This document shows positions 1 to 9,516 of a stretch of DNA of 64,000 bases, piece after piece; position 1 is the first letter of the stretch, and every line of letters starts with the position of its first letter. Position numbers and translations under genes: made by a program. Under the pieces are notes generated by a model. The model saw nothing but the letters and a program-made list of their open reading frames with translations. It was not told the DNA's origin and searched no databases. The stretch comes from a candidate division FCPU426 bacterium (GTDB taxonomy: Bacteria > Oederibacteriota > Muellerivitia > Muellerivitales > Muellerivitaceae). The stretch covers positions 16,222-80,221 of the forward strand of contig JASHNQ010000059.1 of NCBI GenBank assembly GCA_030041545.1, written 5' to 3'.

Positions 1-258
1 CTTTTCTTGAAATGGTACCTGTGCCGGGAAACATTGATGAGGAACAAAAAAATCAAAAAACTGCTGGAAGAAATGGACGAAGGGAAGGTGTCCGATCCGG
101 AGCGTTGGGCCAGTCTATTGAGGCTGCGGATTTTAGGGGAAGCCTTCACCGCTTTGAGCAGCCTTTTGGAAAGGCGCTTGAACCCCACCGAGGTGGTCCA
201 TCTTTTCCAACGGGTCGAGGAATTCGTCCAGTTGTACGCCGTGGGGTTGAAAACCTAG
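1..258 (+). CDS. 3' end of an unidentified CDS truncated by the window edge (helical, Leu/Glu-rich)
   Basis: Open frame runs in from position 1 with no upstream stop, to the stop at 256-258. No recognisable motif. Confidence 0.2.
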   Translation, partial: LFLKWYLCRETLMRNKKIKKLLEEMDEGKVSDPERWASLLRLRILGEAFTALSSLLERRLNPTEVVHLFQRVEEFVQLYAVGLKT

Positions 259-342
259 GGAAAAGCCCCAAGGCCCTGAATTTTCTGGAGCCCCCCGCCT
301 CCCTGCGGGGAAAGGCTCCCAACCAGATAAAGGAGAAAAGAC

Positions 343-759
343 ATGTTGAACCGAAAAAAAGGAATTTTCCTGGCCGTCGGTATGGCCTCCCTCTTGGGGG
401 TTTGCGGCTGCGGCCAGAAACGGATCGAGGGAACCGAGGTGCCGAAGCAGCCGGGCGCGCCGGAGGCGGCCCAGGCGCCCGCGCCTTCGGGACATTACGT
501 CGTGAAAAGGCAAGATTGCCTTTGGACGATCGCTGAAAAACCCATGATCTACGGCGATTCGTTCCAATGGCCGCTGCTTTTCAAGGCCAACCGGGACCAA
601 ATCCAGGACCCGGATTTGATCTACCCGCGGCAGGTCCTGAAGGTGGCGAGGGGATTTTCGGCGGAAGAAATCAGCCACGCCCGGCAAATGGCTTCACTGA
701 CGCCCAAATACGTCCCCCACTCCAAGCCACGGGAGACCCTGCCGTTGGATTACTTCTGA
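343..759 (+). CDS. LysM domain lipoprotein (peptidoglycan-binding)
   Basis: Signal peptide with lipobox LLGVCGCG. LysM-like block YVVKRQDCLWTIAEK...IYPRQVLKV. Confidence 0.7.
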   Translation: MLNRKKGIFLAVGMASLLGVCGCGQKRIEGTEVPKQPGAPEAAQAPAPSGHYVVKRQDCLWTIAEKPMIYGDSFQWPLLFKANRDQIQDPDLIYPRQVLKVARGFSAEEISHARQMASLTPKYVPHSKPRETLPLDYF

Positions 760-933
760 TTTCCTCACCTCCCCTTAGGCTCGGTACCCCAAGGCCGAGC
801 CGCGCCCGGTTCCCAAGGCCGGGCGTTTGATCCATCCCCGGCTCGAAGCGGGGGTAGTGGAAGGTTGGCAAGGGCCGCGGCTCAGGGGAGCCGCGGCTCC
901 TCTCCAAAAAAAAAAACGAAAAGGAGGTTGGCT

Positions 934-1143
934 ATGAAAAAGTTGGTTTGTTCGTTGGCGTCCGTTTTGTTTTTAACGGCGGTTTCGGCCCCTGTGATGT
1001 ACGCCCAAACCGGGACGGCGGCAACACCCACGGCCAAAAGCATGAAAAAGAAAGGTAGTTCGGCGCACAAAAAAGGAACCCATAAGGGGACCAAACACAA
1101 AAAAAGTTCCACTAAAAAACAAGTCACACCTTCCGCTCAATGA
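934..1143 (+). CDS. small secreted lysine-rich protein
   Basis: RBS AAGGAGG 7 nt upstream of ATG 934. Signal peptide MKKLVCSLASVLFLTAVSAPVMYAQ, then a K/T/S-rich basic tail. Confidence 0.4.
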   Translation: MKKLVCSLASVLFLTAVSAPVMYAQTGTAATPTAKSMKKKGSSAHKKGTHKGTKHKKSSTKKQVTPSAQ

Positions 1144-1282
1144 CGCGTTTCTTTCATCCCTTTCCCTTGGGGAGGAAAGGGGTGGAAGGAAAAGTGGGAA
1201 GCCCGAAAACCGAGTTTTTCAAGTTGAAAAGCCGCCCCTGAGCGGCAAGGTCCCGAAGGAAATCAAACGGAGGAATAAGATC

Positions 1283-1795
1283 ATGAAAAAGAATTGGTCT
1301 TGGATGTGGTTTGGATTATCGGTGGCCTTGGCCGGCTGTGGAACGACCCGCAGCGTCACCAAGGCCCCTGCCGTTCCCCCCAACAAGATGCAGGCCCAAC
1401 TGCCGGATTTTTCGGCGCTGGGCCAGGCCTCGTTGGCCAATGGGGAGGTTCAACTGGCCGTCGCGGGCGACAGCTTGTTTAAACCCGGCCATACTTATTT
1501 GAACCAGGAAGGCGTTAAAACCATCGACGCCTTGGCCGCGGTTTTGGGGAAATACCCGGCGGATTCGGTGACGGTGGCGGTTTACACGGACAACAGCGGC
1601 GGGGACGCCGAAAACCTGAAGGTTTCCCAGCGCCGGGCGGACCATATTAAGAAAGAATTGGTCAAGCAGGGGGTATCGGTGGACCGCATCACGGCCTTGG
1701 GCAAGGGGGACGTCGATCCGGTGGGGGACAATACCACGGAGGCGGGACGGGCCCAAAACCGCCGCGCCGAATTCCAGGTAACGACCATATCCTAA
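1283..1795 (+). CDS. OmpA-family (Pal-like) lipoprotein
   Basis: Lipobox LAGC. C-terminal OmpA/MotB peptidoglycan-binding motif: NLKVSQRRADHIKKELVKQGV...NRRAEFQV. Confidence 0.8.
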   Translation: MKKNWSWMWFGLSVALAGCGTTRSVTKAPAVPPNKMQAQLPDFSALGQASLANGEVQLAVAGDSLFKPGHTYLNQEGVKTIDALAAVLGKYPADSVTVAVYTDNSGGDAENLKVSQRRADHIKKELVKQGVSVDRITALGKGDVDPVGDNTTEAGRAQNRRAEFQVTTIS

Positions 1796-1940
1796 ACCTT
1801 CCATCGTTTTTCGCGCTTCCTGCGCGAAAACCGCCCCGCCGGGAAAGAAAACCGCCTTTTGGATGACGGGCGGCCTTGCGGCGGGGTGGTTTCTTCTTTA
1901 AACTCAGGCCTCAAATCCACCGAAATGGAATTGCCTTTCC

Positions 1941-4910
1941 ATGCGATCGAAGAACCGGTTTAGCCCCCCCCTCCTGGCCTTGGGCCTTCTCCTCGCGACC
2001 ATCCCAACCGTGGCGGGGCCGCCCGGCGTTCCGCCGCCGTCGCCCACCGACGAAGGCAGGGCCCTCCTGCGGGCCCGCGCTTATGCCCTGGCCATGCAAA
2101 GATTCCGGCTCGTGCAAGAAAAGAGCGAAAACGTGGCCGAGCAGGCCATGGCCCTTCGACTTATCGGCGAAACCCAATTCCGGGACAAGGATTACGCCTC
2201 GGCTTACCAGGCTTACCAGCAATCCCTGCGCTTAAACCCCCTTACGACCGGCGCCTTGGGGTTGGAATTCAAGTCCGCCGTGGCCCTGGTCTATCTCAAG
2301 GATTACAGGCTCGCCGTCGAAAAATTCCAGGCCCTGGAGAAGAGGGCTTATGAAACCGACACCCTTTGCGATCTCTATTTCTGGGAAGCCGAGTGTTATT
2401 TCCAACTCGAGCAATATTTGGACGCGGCGGAACGGTATGGAAAGATCATCGACTTAAACCCCCATTACCAATGGACCGACCTGGTCAAATACCTCCAAGC
2501 CTGGTGCTTTTACCAACGAAAGGATTATGCCAAGGCCCTGGAGGGCTTCGGCGTGGTGCTGGGGGGGACCTCGAATGAAACCCTTAAAAAACTGACACTT
2601 TTCCAGGTGGCGGAAACCCAGTTCCGCCTGGAGGATTACGACGACGCCAAGGAACGGTACGAGGAATTCCTGCGTAAGTACCCGAAGGATTTCCTCCAAG
2701 TTCCGGCCCTTTATGGCCTTGGCTGGACACAGGAAAAACAAAGCGACCACGAAGCGGCCGCCAAGACCTTCGGTCGAATCCTGTCGGAAGATTCGGACCA
2801 TCCCCTGGCTCCTTGGGCGGCGGTGCGGCTGGGAGTGGAGGATTCCACCGCGGCTCGATACGGGGACGCTCGAAACGATTATGCCAAGGGATTAGAGCTG
2901 GCCAAGGGCAAGTCCCCCGCCGATTTGCTGGAATACGGCCTTGGATGGTTGGATTACTCGGACCAGAAATACCCCGATGCCGCCGGGCATTTTTCCAGCG
3001 TCGCGCGGTTTTCCCCTGAAAGCGGCCTGAAATGGGAAGCCCAATACCTCCTGGCGGGCTGCGATTACCTGCAGGGAAAATATGACGACGCCAAGGCCCA
3101 ATACGCCTTGGTGACCCAAGGCGCGGCCGGGGATTTAGCCCAGGACGCGGCCTACGGGAAGGGCTGGTGCGACTACGCCCTGGGCCGGTATGACAAGGCC
3201 ATTGCGGAATTCAAGGATGTAGCGTCGGCCGCGGTGGGCGACCTCAAGTGCCGGACCCTTTGGTCCCAAGCCGAGGCCACCTACGCGCTGGGGGATTACC
3301 CGGGGGCCGCCGGCGATTACCAAAAAGCCCTCGACAACGGGGCTTCCGGCAAGCTGGCCGTCAATTGTTATTCGGGATTGGGCTGGAGCCATTTCCAGCA
3401 GGAAAGATACGCCGACGCCCTCCAAGCCTTCCAAAAGGCCGCCCAGGAAGGTTCCTCCTCGCCCATCGGCGACGAGGCCCAGTTGAGGGCCGGCGACTGC
3501 CTGTACAACCTCCACCGTTACGGCGAGGCGGACGCGACCTATAAGGTGTTGGTGGAAAAAAACGCGCCGGACCCCTACGACCTGGATGCTCTGGAGCAAA
3601 TGGGCTGGTGCAGCTACCGCCAGGAAAAATTCCAGGCGGCCATCCAGACTTGGGCCGGCCTGATGCAAAAACCCGGCACCGACAGTCGCCAGTCCCGGCT
3701 CTTGTATTGGACGGCTTGGGCGTATTTCCGCCAAAAGGATTTCGCGGACGCGGCGGAGGAATTCAAGAAGGTGGAAGCCCAATATCCCCAGGATCCCCTG
3801 GCCCCCGAATCCCACCTCCGGGAGGCGGACTGTTACTTTAACCTCCAAAAGTTCCAAGATTCCAAGCAGGCCTACCAGAGCTTCCTGGACACCTATCCCC
3901 AAAGCCCGCTTCTGCCCGACGCGCTTTACGGCCTGCAGTGGTCCGCGGAGAAACTGGGGGAAAAGGACGTCGCCGCCGCCGTGGCCAAGGACTTCCTGCA
4001 AAAATTTCCATCCAGTCCCTTCGCCTCCACCGTGCAGTACCGCATGGCCGAGGGGCTTTACCACGACGGGAAATACGAGGAGGCCGTCCAGGCCTATAAG
4101 GACTTATTGGCCAAGTACCCGGACAGCGCCGAGGCTCCCCGCGCGCTTTTCTGGATGGGCACGGCCTTCGTCAAGGAGGACCAGGGCGTGGACGCCGAGC
4201 CCGTCTTCCAGGAACTTTTGTCCAAATACCCCAGCGATCCCCTGGCCCTGGAGGGGGAATTTAGTTTGGGAACGGTCTATTTCGAGGCGGGCGACTACCC
4301 CAAGGCCTTGAACGCCTATACCGACATCTATACCCATTACCCCGACCACCGGCTGGCCACCCACGCGCTTTTCAACAGCGCGGTGTGCGAAAAACAACTC
4401 AAGCACCTGGATAAGGCCATCGAGGACTACCAAAAACTCCAGAAAGATTACGGCAATGACCCCCTGGCCCAGGAAGCGGGCCTACAGGCCGGGTTGTTGT
4501 TGGAGAAGGAAGGGAACGACGAAGAGGCCCTCCACTCCTACGAAGACACCATGAAATCCCCGGATAAAGACCTCGCCGTGGAAGCTTCCTATTACCATGC
4601 GGACCTTTTGCAAAAGGAAAAAAAATACGATGCGGCCCGATCGGAATTCGACCGTTTGATCACGGACTTCCCCTCCGAGGACCAATGGGTCGTGACGGCC
4701 TACGCCAAGATCGCGGAAAGCTACGAGGCGCAACGGGAATACGCCAAGGCCGCCGCCGAGTACCGGGAGATTCTGAAATACACCAGGGTCAAGGTCTACC
4801 GCGACGCCACTTACAAGCGGCTGAGGGCCTTGAAGCCCTTCCTGAAGATAAAATCGAAAAATCCGGGAGGGCAACCGCCGGCTTCCACGAGTGGAGGAAC
4901 CCCGCCATGA
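1941..4910 (+). CDS. large periplasmic tetratricopeptide-repeat protein (989 aa)
   Basis: Signal peptide, then dozens of TPR-like 34-aa units (recurrent W/Y..A...Y...G.Y..A patterns). Stop overlaps the next start (ATGA at 4907-4910). Confidence 0.8.
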   Translation: MRSKNRFSPPLLALGLLLATIPTVAGPPGVPPPSPTDEGRALLRARAYALAMQRFRLVQEKSENVAEQAMALRLIGETQFRDKDYASAYQAYQQSLRLNPLTTGALGLEFKSAVALVYLKDYRLAVEKFQALEKRAYETDTLCDLYFWEAECYFQLEQYLDAAERYGKIIDLNPHYQWTDLVKYLQAWCFYQRKDYAKALEGFGVVLGGTSNETLKKLTLFQVAETQFRLEDYDDAKERYEEFLRKYPKDFLQVPALYGLGWTQEKQSDHEAAAKTFGRILSEDSDHPLAPWAAVRLGVEDSTAARYGDARNDYAKGLELAKGKSPADLLEYGLGWLDYSDQKYPDAAGHFSSVARFSPESGLKWEAQYLLAGCDYLQGKYDDAKAQYALVTQGAAGDLAQDAAYGKGWCDYALGRYDKAIAEFKDVASAAVGDLKCRTLWSQAEATYALGDYPGAAGDYQKALDNGASGKLAVNCYSGLGWSHFQQERYADALQAFQKAAQEGSSSPIGDEAQLRAGDCLYNLHRYGEADATYKVLVEKNAPDPYDLDALEQMGWCSYRQEKFQAAIQTWAGLMQKPGTDSRQSRLLYWTAWAYFRQKDFADAAEEFKKVEAQYPQDPLAPESHLREADCYFNLQKFQDSKQAYQSFLDTYPQSPLLPDALYGLQWSAEKLGEKDVAAAVAKDFLQKFPSSPFASTVQYRMAEGLYHDGKYEEAVQAYKDLLAKYPDSAEAPRALFWMGTAFVKEDQGVDAEPVFQELLSKYPSDPLALEGEFSLGTVYFEAGDYPKALNAYTDIYTHYPDHRLATHALFNSAVCEKQLKHLDKAIEDYQKLQKDYGNDPLAQEAGLQAGLLLEKEGNDEEALHSYEDTMKSPDKDLAVEASYYHADLLQKEKKYDAARSEFDRLITDFPSEDQWVVTAYAKIAESYEAQREYAKAAAEYREILKYTRVKVYRDATYKRLRALKPFLKIKSKNPGGQPPASTSGGTPP

Positions 4911-6829
4911 AAAAAATCATGACTGGCCGGGGAAAAGTCCTTTTCAAACTGGGGTTGTGCATTGGCCTAAAGGGCCAAGCGTGGTTGGCCTGTCATCGGC
5001 GAGTCCCTATTCGGGGCTCATTCCTCGCAATGACCGCATTTTTAGTTTTTTCAATTTTATGGGGGCAGGATTCGCCCACGCCTTCCCCCACATCGGCGAC
5101 GCCGGCGGCCGACCTCACCGGCGAATCCGCGCCGGCGACAACGGTTTCCGAGGCCCCCGCCACGCTTTCCAATCCCGAGGCCGTTCCTACGGAAGCCGGC
5201 CAATCCCCCTCCTCCGAACAAAAGCCGTCCCAAGGGGAGGGCGAAAAGGCGCCCGTTATCAGCCGCCCCACGGCCGTGCCCGAGTTCTCCCTGCCCGAAG
5301 TGGTGATCACGGGAGAGAATGAACTGACCATCAGCGCCCAACGGCTGGACCGCAAAGAAAACGACGTCACCTTGGGAAGCCACGACTTGACGGGCGTCGA
5401 CCGGGCCTTCAACGACCTTCCGGGGTTGAGCAAGACCTTCACGGCCCTTGCCACGGAGGAAGCGGGGCCTTCCCAAGATACCGCCTTGGTGCTGCACCTG
5501 GGCGGTGGGATCCCCGGCACCTACGGTGGATGGGGCCTTTTCGGGCAGGAATTCAAGGATATCCAGTACCTCCTGTCGGGGTTTGATTCCACCTGGGGCG
5601 GTGAAGCCACGGCTTCCGGGTTTGACGGGGACAAACGATATGGGTTCGGCGGCCAGATCAGCCTTTTCCCCCAAGCCCCCCAAAACCTGATTTTGTCGGG
5701 CGATTTCAAACGCCTGGACGCCGAACTGCCTTATCAAAACTCCACGCAGGAAACCCATGATGGGATCAACCTCAACCTGGAAGGGCATTGGAAGCTGTCG
5801 GACTTGACCCAGGCCCAACTGAACGTGACAAACCAGGACACCTACCTCGGTTATTGGGACCAATCGGCCCTTACCAACCAGACCCAGGAATGGGAAGGGC
5901 ACTTTAAATTGGTGGCCGACGGCCTGGGCGCCTTTTTCAACCGGTTCACGCTGGACACGGGACTAAGGCACGCCACGTCGGATTTCGCCGTTCCCGCGGC
6001 CAGCGACTACGACTGGGGCTGGCTGGGGGCCCAGGCCTACCTGAAAAGCGGGGAAAATTTGGGGTTGACCCTCAAGCTGCAGGCCCAGGCCGGCGACGGC
6101 CTCAACCTGCCCGCTAAGTTCTACCCGGAGGCCGACTTCATGTGGCGGGTTTTCGGCAACAGCCAGTTGAACCTTTACTGGAAGTCCGACCGATACGTGG
6201 ATAGCTTCAACAAAACTTTCATGGGGGAGGAACACGTCAGCCCGGTGGAAGGGTTCCCCTCGCCCACCGAAGTGACCGGGGAATGGGGTGGCCGGTTCAC
6301 GCAAAAGCTGGCGGAAGCCGTGTTGTTCTCCTTGTCCGCTTCCACGGCCCAAATCCAGGGTTACCACCAATGGACGGACATCAACCCGGCCAACCCCGTC
6401 TTCCTACAGGATTATTCCACCCTGGCCCAAGTGAAGATGAACAAGGCCGCGGCCAACCTTCAATGGAACTTCCAAAAAGACTGGCAGGCCTCTGCCACCT
6501 ATGAGTGGACCCAGGGATTGAACCAGGGCGGAACGCAAAATCTAACCAACCTCCCCGTGAACCAGGGCGTCCTTTCCCTTTACCGGGGCGATGAGACTTG
6601 GGAGGCGCGGTTGGAGCTTCAATTGGCCTCTCCGCGGCAGGCCTTCGCAACCCTCCCGGAAACACTTCCGGCTTACGCCACCCTGGGCCTTGACGCCACC
6701 TACCATTTGAGCAAGACTTTTTCCCTGTGGCTGAACGCGGACAACCTGTGGGGAGAAGCCTACGAGATCCAACCGGGTTATCTGGAACCCGAGTATCACA
6801 TCCGCGGTGGAGTGGAAGTCATCTTCTGA
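4907..6829 (+). CDS. outer-membrane beta-barrel protein, TonB-dependent-receptor-like C-terminus
   Basis: ATGA overlap with the TPR gene. Disordered S/P/T/A/E-rich N-terminus, a VVITG motif, alternating beta-strand pattern, C-terminal ...GGVEVIF ending in Phe. Sits just upstream of exbB-exbD-tonB. Confidence 0.55.
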   Translation: MKKIMTGRGKVLFKLGLCIGLKGQAWLACHRRVPIRGSFLAMTAFLVFSILWGQDSPTPSPTSATPAADLTGESAPATTVSEAPATLSNPEAVPTEAGQSPSSEQKPSQGEGEKAPVISRPTAVPEFSLPEVVITGENELTISAQRLDRKENDVTLGSHDLTGVDRAFNDLPGLSKTFTALATEEAGPSQDTALVLHLGGGIPGTYGGWGLFGQEFKDIQYLLSGFDSTWGGEATASGFDGDKRYGFGGQISLFPQAPQNLILSGDFKRLDAELPYQNSTQETHDGINLNLEGHWKLSDLTQAQLNVTNQDTYLGYWDQSALTNQTQEWEGHFKLVADGLGAFFNRFTLDTGLRHATSDFAVPAASDYDWGWLGAQAYLKSGENLGLTLKLQAQAGDGLNLPAKFYPEADFMWRVFGNSQLNLYWKSDRYVDSFNKTFMGEEHVSPVEGFPSPTEVTGEWGGRFTQKLAEAVLFSLSASTAQIQGYHQWTDINPANPVFLQDYSTLAQVKMNKAAANLQWNFQKDWQASATYEWTQGLNQGGTQNLTNLPVNQGVLSLYRGDETWEARLELQLASPRQAFATLPETLPAYATLGLDATYHLSKTFSLWLNADNLWGEAYEIQPGYLEPEYHIRGGVEVIF

Positions 6830-6854
6830 AGATCAATTCCGTTGGGAGGTTTCG

Positions 6855-7469
6855 ATGAGCCAGGATTTTTCGTTGATCGCCGTGATGATGAAAGGGGGAT
6901 GGACTATAGGAGTTTTGATCCTCATGTCCATCGTGGTCTTCGCGGTCCTTTGGGAGCGCTGGATCTATTTCAAGGCGAGATTCAAAGGCCGGGAGGAAGT
7001 CCTCGCCGACCTGGAGCCGTTCCTCAACAAGCGCAACTACCAGGAATGCATGGAGGCCTGCGACCGGAACGGGTCTTTCCTGGCCCGGATCATCCGGGCC
7101 GGCCTCAAGGCCCGTGCCGATAAGATGGATGTCGCCCAAGGCATGGAACGGGAGACCAAAATCGAGCTTTTAAAACTGGAGCAGCGGCTGCCCCTTTTGG
7201 CCACCATCGGCTCCATCGCCCCCTTTGTGGGCCTTTTTGGGACGGTGATCGGCATTATCCGGGCTTTCCGCGACCTGGCCCTGGCCAACGCCGGCGGCGC
7301 GGCCGTGGTGTCCCAGGGCATCGCGGAGGCCTTGATTGCCACCGCCTCGGGGCTTTTCGTGGCCATTACGGCGGTCTTCATCTACAACTGGTTCCAGGCC
7401 CGCTTGAATGCCATGGCCCAAGAGGCGGAAATCGTCATTTCGGAGATTTCCGAGCGCATAGAGCCTTAA
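6855..7469 (+). CDS. exbB: MotA/TolQ/ExbB proton-channel protein
   Basis: RBS GGGAGG. Three TM helices. ExbB/TolQ signature region ...IAPFVGLFGTVIGIIRAF... Confidence 0.85.
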   Translation: MSQDFSLIAVMMKGGWTIGVLILMSIVVFAVLWERWIYFKARFKGREEVLADLEPFLNKRNYQECMEACDRNGSFLARIIRAGLKARADKMDVAQGMERETKIELLKLEQRLPLLATIGSIAPFVGLFGTVIGIIRAFRDLALANAGGAAVVSQGIAEALIATASGLFVAITAVFIYNWFQARLNAMAQEAEIVISEISERIEP

Positions 7470-7556
7470 ATTTCACTGAGGAATTAGGTTTGGAGATAAG
7501 GTTAAAAAAAACTCCTAATTTCAAACCCTAACTCCTCACTCATCCCGGAGGAATGT

Positions 7557-7976
7557 ATGCAATCCCGCTTAAGACCCGCTACCAAACTTATGGCCGAAAT
7601 CAACATGGTGCCCTTTACGGACGTGGTGCTGGTGCTTTTGGTCATCTTTATGGTGACCACGCCTTTCCTTTTCCAAGGGGATTTCCAGGTGAAGTTGCCC
7701 AAGGTGGCGGCACCTTCGCCCAACCTGCCCGAGACCGTGACACTTACCATCACCCAAGGCGGTAAGGTCTACTTGAACGACAAGGAAACCTCCATGGACG
7801 AGTTGGCTGGGGTCCTGACCCAGATGATGCGCTCCAAGCCCGAGGCCCTGGTCATGATCAACGCCGACAAGAATGTTTCCCATGGAACTGTGGCGGAGGT
7901 CATGTCCAAAGCCTATTTGGCTGGCGTGACAAAAGTGGGGATCGCGGTGGAATTAGACAACAGCGATCCAAAATAA
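7557..7976 (+). CDS. exbD: ExbD/TolR biopolymer transport protein
   Basis: N-terminal EINMVPFTDVVLVLLVIFMV TM helix typical of ExbD/TolR. About 139 aa. Confidence 0.85.
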   Translation: MQSRLRPATKLMAEINMVPFTDVVLVLLVIFMVTTPFLFQGDFQVKLPKVAAPSPNLPETVTLTITQGGKVYLNDKETSMDELAGVLTQMMRSKPEALVMINADKNVSHGTVAEVMSKAYLAGVTKVGIAVELDNSDPK

Positions 7977-7995
7977 CTTTGAGTCAAGGCGTTGA

Positions 7996-8763
7996 ATGGA
8001 TAAACAATTCCGAAACTCCCTCTTTTATTCCACCCTTTTTCATGGGTTGCTGTTGCTTGTCCTATTCCTCCTGTACCGTTCCTTCCTGGTGGCGAATACG
8101 CCCCTCATGATGCAGTTGACCTTGATCGGCCAGATGTCCAAAGGATACGGTTTAGGTTCGCCCGAGGCGAAAAGCGGGGAGGCGCCCAACGTTCTTCCAC
8201 CGGCGGCCACCAATGGCGAATTCGGATCCACCAGCCAAACCCGGTCCAATCCACCCCTGCCCAACGCCGAAAAGCCCGAAGTTGCGGTCAAAAGGCCCCT
8301 GAGTCCTAAAAGAAACTCGGGCAGCGCGCCGTCGGAGAAGTACCTGGAAAGCCTGAATAACGAAGCCCCTATCGGCCTGGAAGAGCAAAAAAATCCCAAT
8401 GACCAGATCAAGACCTCCACGGGTGTGGGCCCATCGGGCGTGGCGGGCTCGCCTGAGGGTAGCCCCACCATCGAGGGCGAACTGGCGGCCCGCGCCATCA
8501 AACACCAAGTGGATCCGGTTTATCCGGATTGGGCGAAAAAGCAGGGCATCGAGGCCGTGGTTAAGTTCCGGCTGACGGTGCTGCCCAACGGGCTCCTGAG
8601 GGAGGATGACCTCCAATTGGACCAAACTTCAGGCTACCGCGAACTGGACCGGGCGGTCTATGACGCCCTTGTGCAGTGGCAATTCCAGCCCCTGGACCCC
8701 AGCGTTCCGCAGGTGGACCAATCGGGCGTCATCACTTTTTCCTTTAGCCTTAAAAACCAATAA
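7996..8763 (+). CDS. tonB: energy transducer TonB (or TolA-like)
   Basis: N-terminal TM anchor, Pro-rich linker, C-terminal TonB-C-like domain (VDPVYPDWAKKQGIEAVVKFRLTVLPNG...). Confidence 0.75.
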   Translation: MDKQFRNSLFYSTLFHGLLLLVLFLLYRSFLVANTPLMMQLTLIGQMSKGYGLGSPEAKSGEAPNVLPPAATNGEFGSTSQTRSNPPLPNAEKPEVAVKRPLSPKRNSGSAPSEKYLESLNNEAPIGLEEQKNPNDQIKTSTGVGPSGVAGSPEGSPTIEGELAARAIKHQVDPVYPDWAKKQGIEAVVKFRLTVLPNGLLREDDLQLDQTSGYRELDRAVYDALVQWQFQPLDPSVPQVDQSGVITFSFSLKNQ

Positions 8764-8867
8764 AACCCAACTCGAACCACAGACCAAGAACCTATAATAA
8801 AATCTCTTTAATCTTAAATCTTAAAACCAAAGGGACACCGCCAAAATTTTTCCTGTAGGATGGGCTT

Positions 8868-9365
8868 ATGGTGAAAAAAGCCGCTTGGGTTTGGTTGTTG
8901 GCCTTCGGAGTCACGACCGCTTATTTCTTTGGAACCTATGGGAACCTTCCCGACAGGCTCGCAACCCACTTTGACGCGGTGGGGAACCCCAATGGTTTCC
9001 AGACCAAAACCGGCTACCTTGTTTTTTCCCTCACCTTCAACTTCATGATCAACGCCCTGCTGGGGTTGGTTTCTTTGCTGGTGTCCCGGATTCCGGTTTC
9101 GCGGATGAACATCCCCAATAAGGATTATTGGCTGGCCCAACCGGAAAGGGCGGCGGAACTGCGCCGGAGGGTCACGGCGATTCTGGCCTTTGCAGCCATT
9201 TTTACCAATGCCGCCTTTCTTTTCGCCGAACAGGTCGTCTACCAGCAAAACACGCCCGATCCCTTATGGAAAATCCCCATCAACGGCGGTGTTTTTCTGC
9301 TCTTGGCCGGTTCGGTAGCCTTGGTGATTTTTTCCCTGCTCGTTTTACGGCCCTCTGAAAAGTAA
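8868..9365 (+). CDS. DUF1648-like integral membrane protein
   Basis: Four TM segments. N-terminal THFDAVGNPNGF motif resembling the DUF1648/SdpI N-terminal family. Confidence 0.5.
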   Translation: MVKKAAWVWLLAFGVTTAYFFGTYGNLPDRLATHFDAVGNPNGFQTKTGYLVFSLTFNFMINALLGLVSLLVSRIPVSRMNIPNKDYWLAQPERAAELRRRVTAILAFAAIFTNAAFLFAEQVVYQQNTPDPLWKIPINGGVFLLLAGSVALVIFSLLVLRPSEK

Positions 9366-9516
9366 AAAAGGGCTTTCACCAGCCTAAAATCTTAAAATCG
9401 GCCGGTTTTTAGGCGAAAAAAATCCAAAATTCTCATAGTTGAAACATTAAAACGTTTGAAGTGCTATACAATAATTACTATAGGTTAACCGTATTTCCAT
9501 TTTTAAAGGACCACCA

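Noticed and set aside
3135-4064. 309-aa minus-strand ORF
   Set aside because: Antisense to the TPR gene. GC-driven open frame.
4685-4906. 5' extension of the OM barrel ORF (start at 4685)
   Set aside because: The extension lies inside the TPR gene in another frame. The ATGA-coupled start at 4907 with a downstream hydrophobic signal segment is far more plausible.
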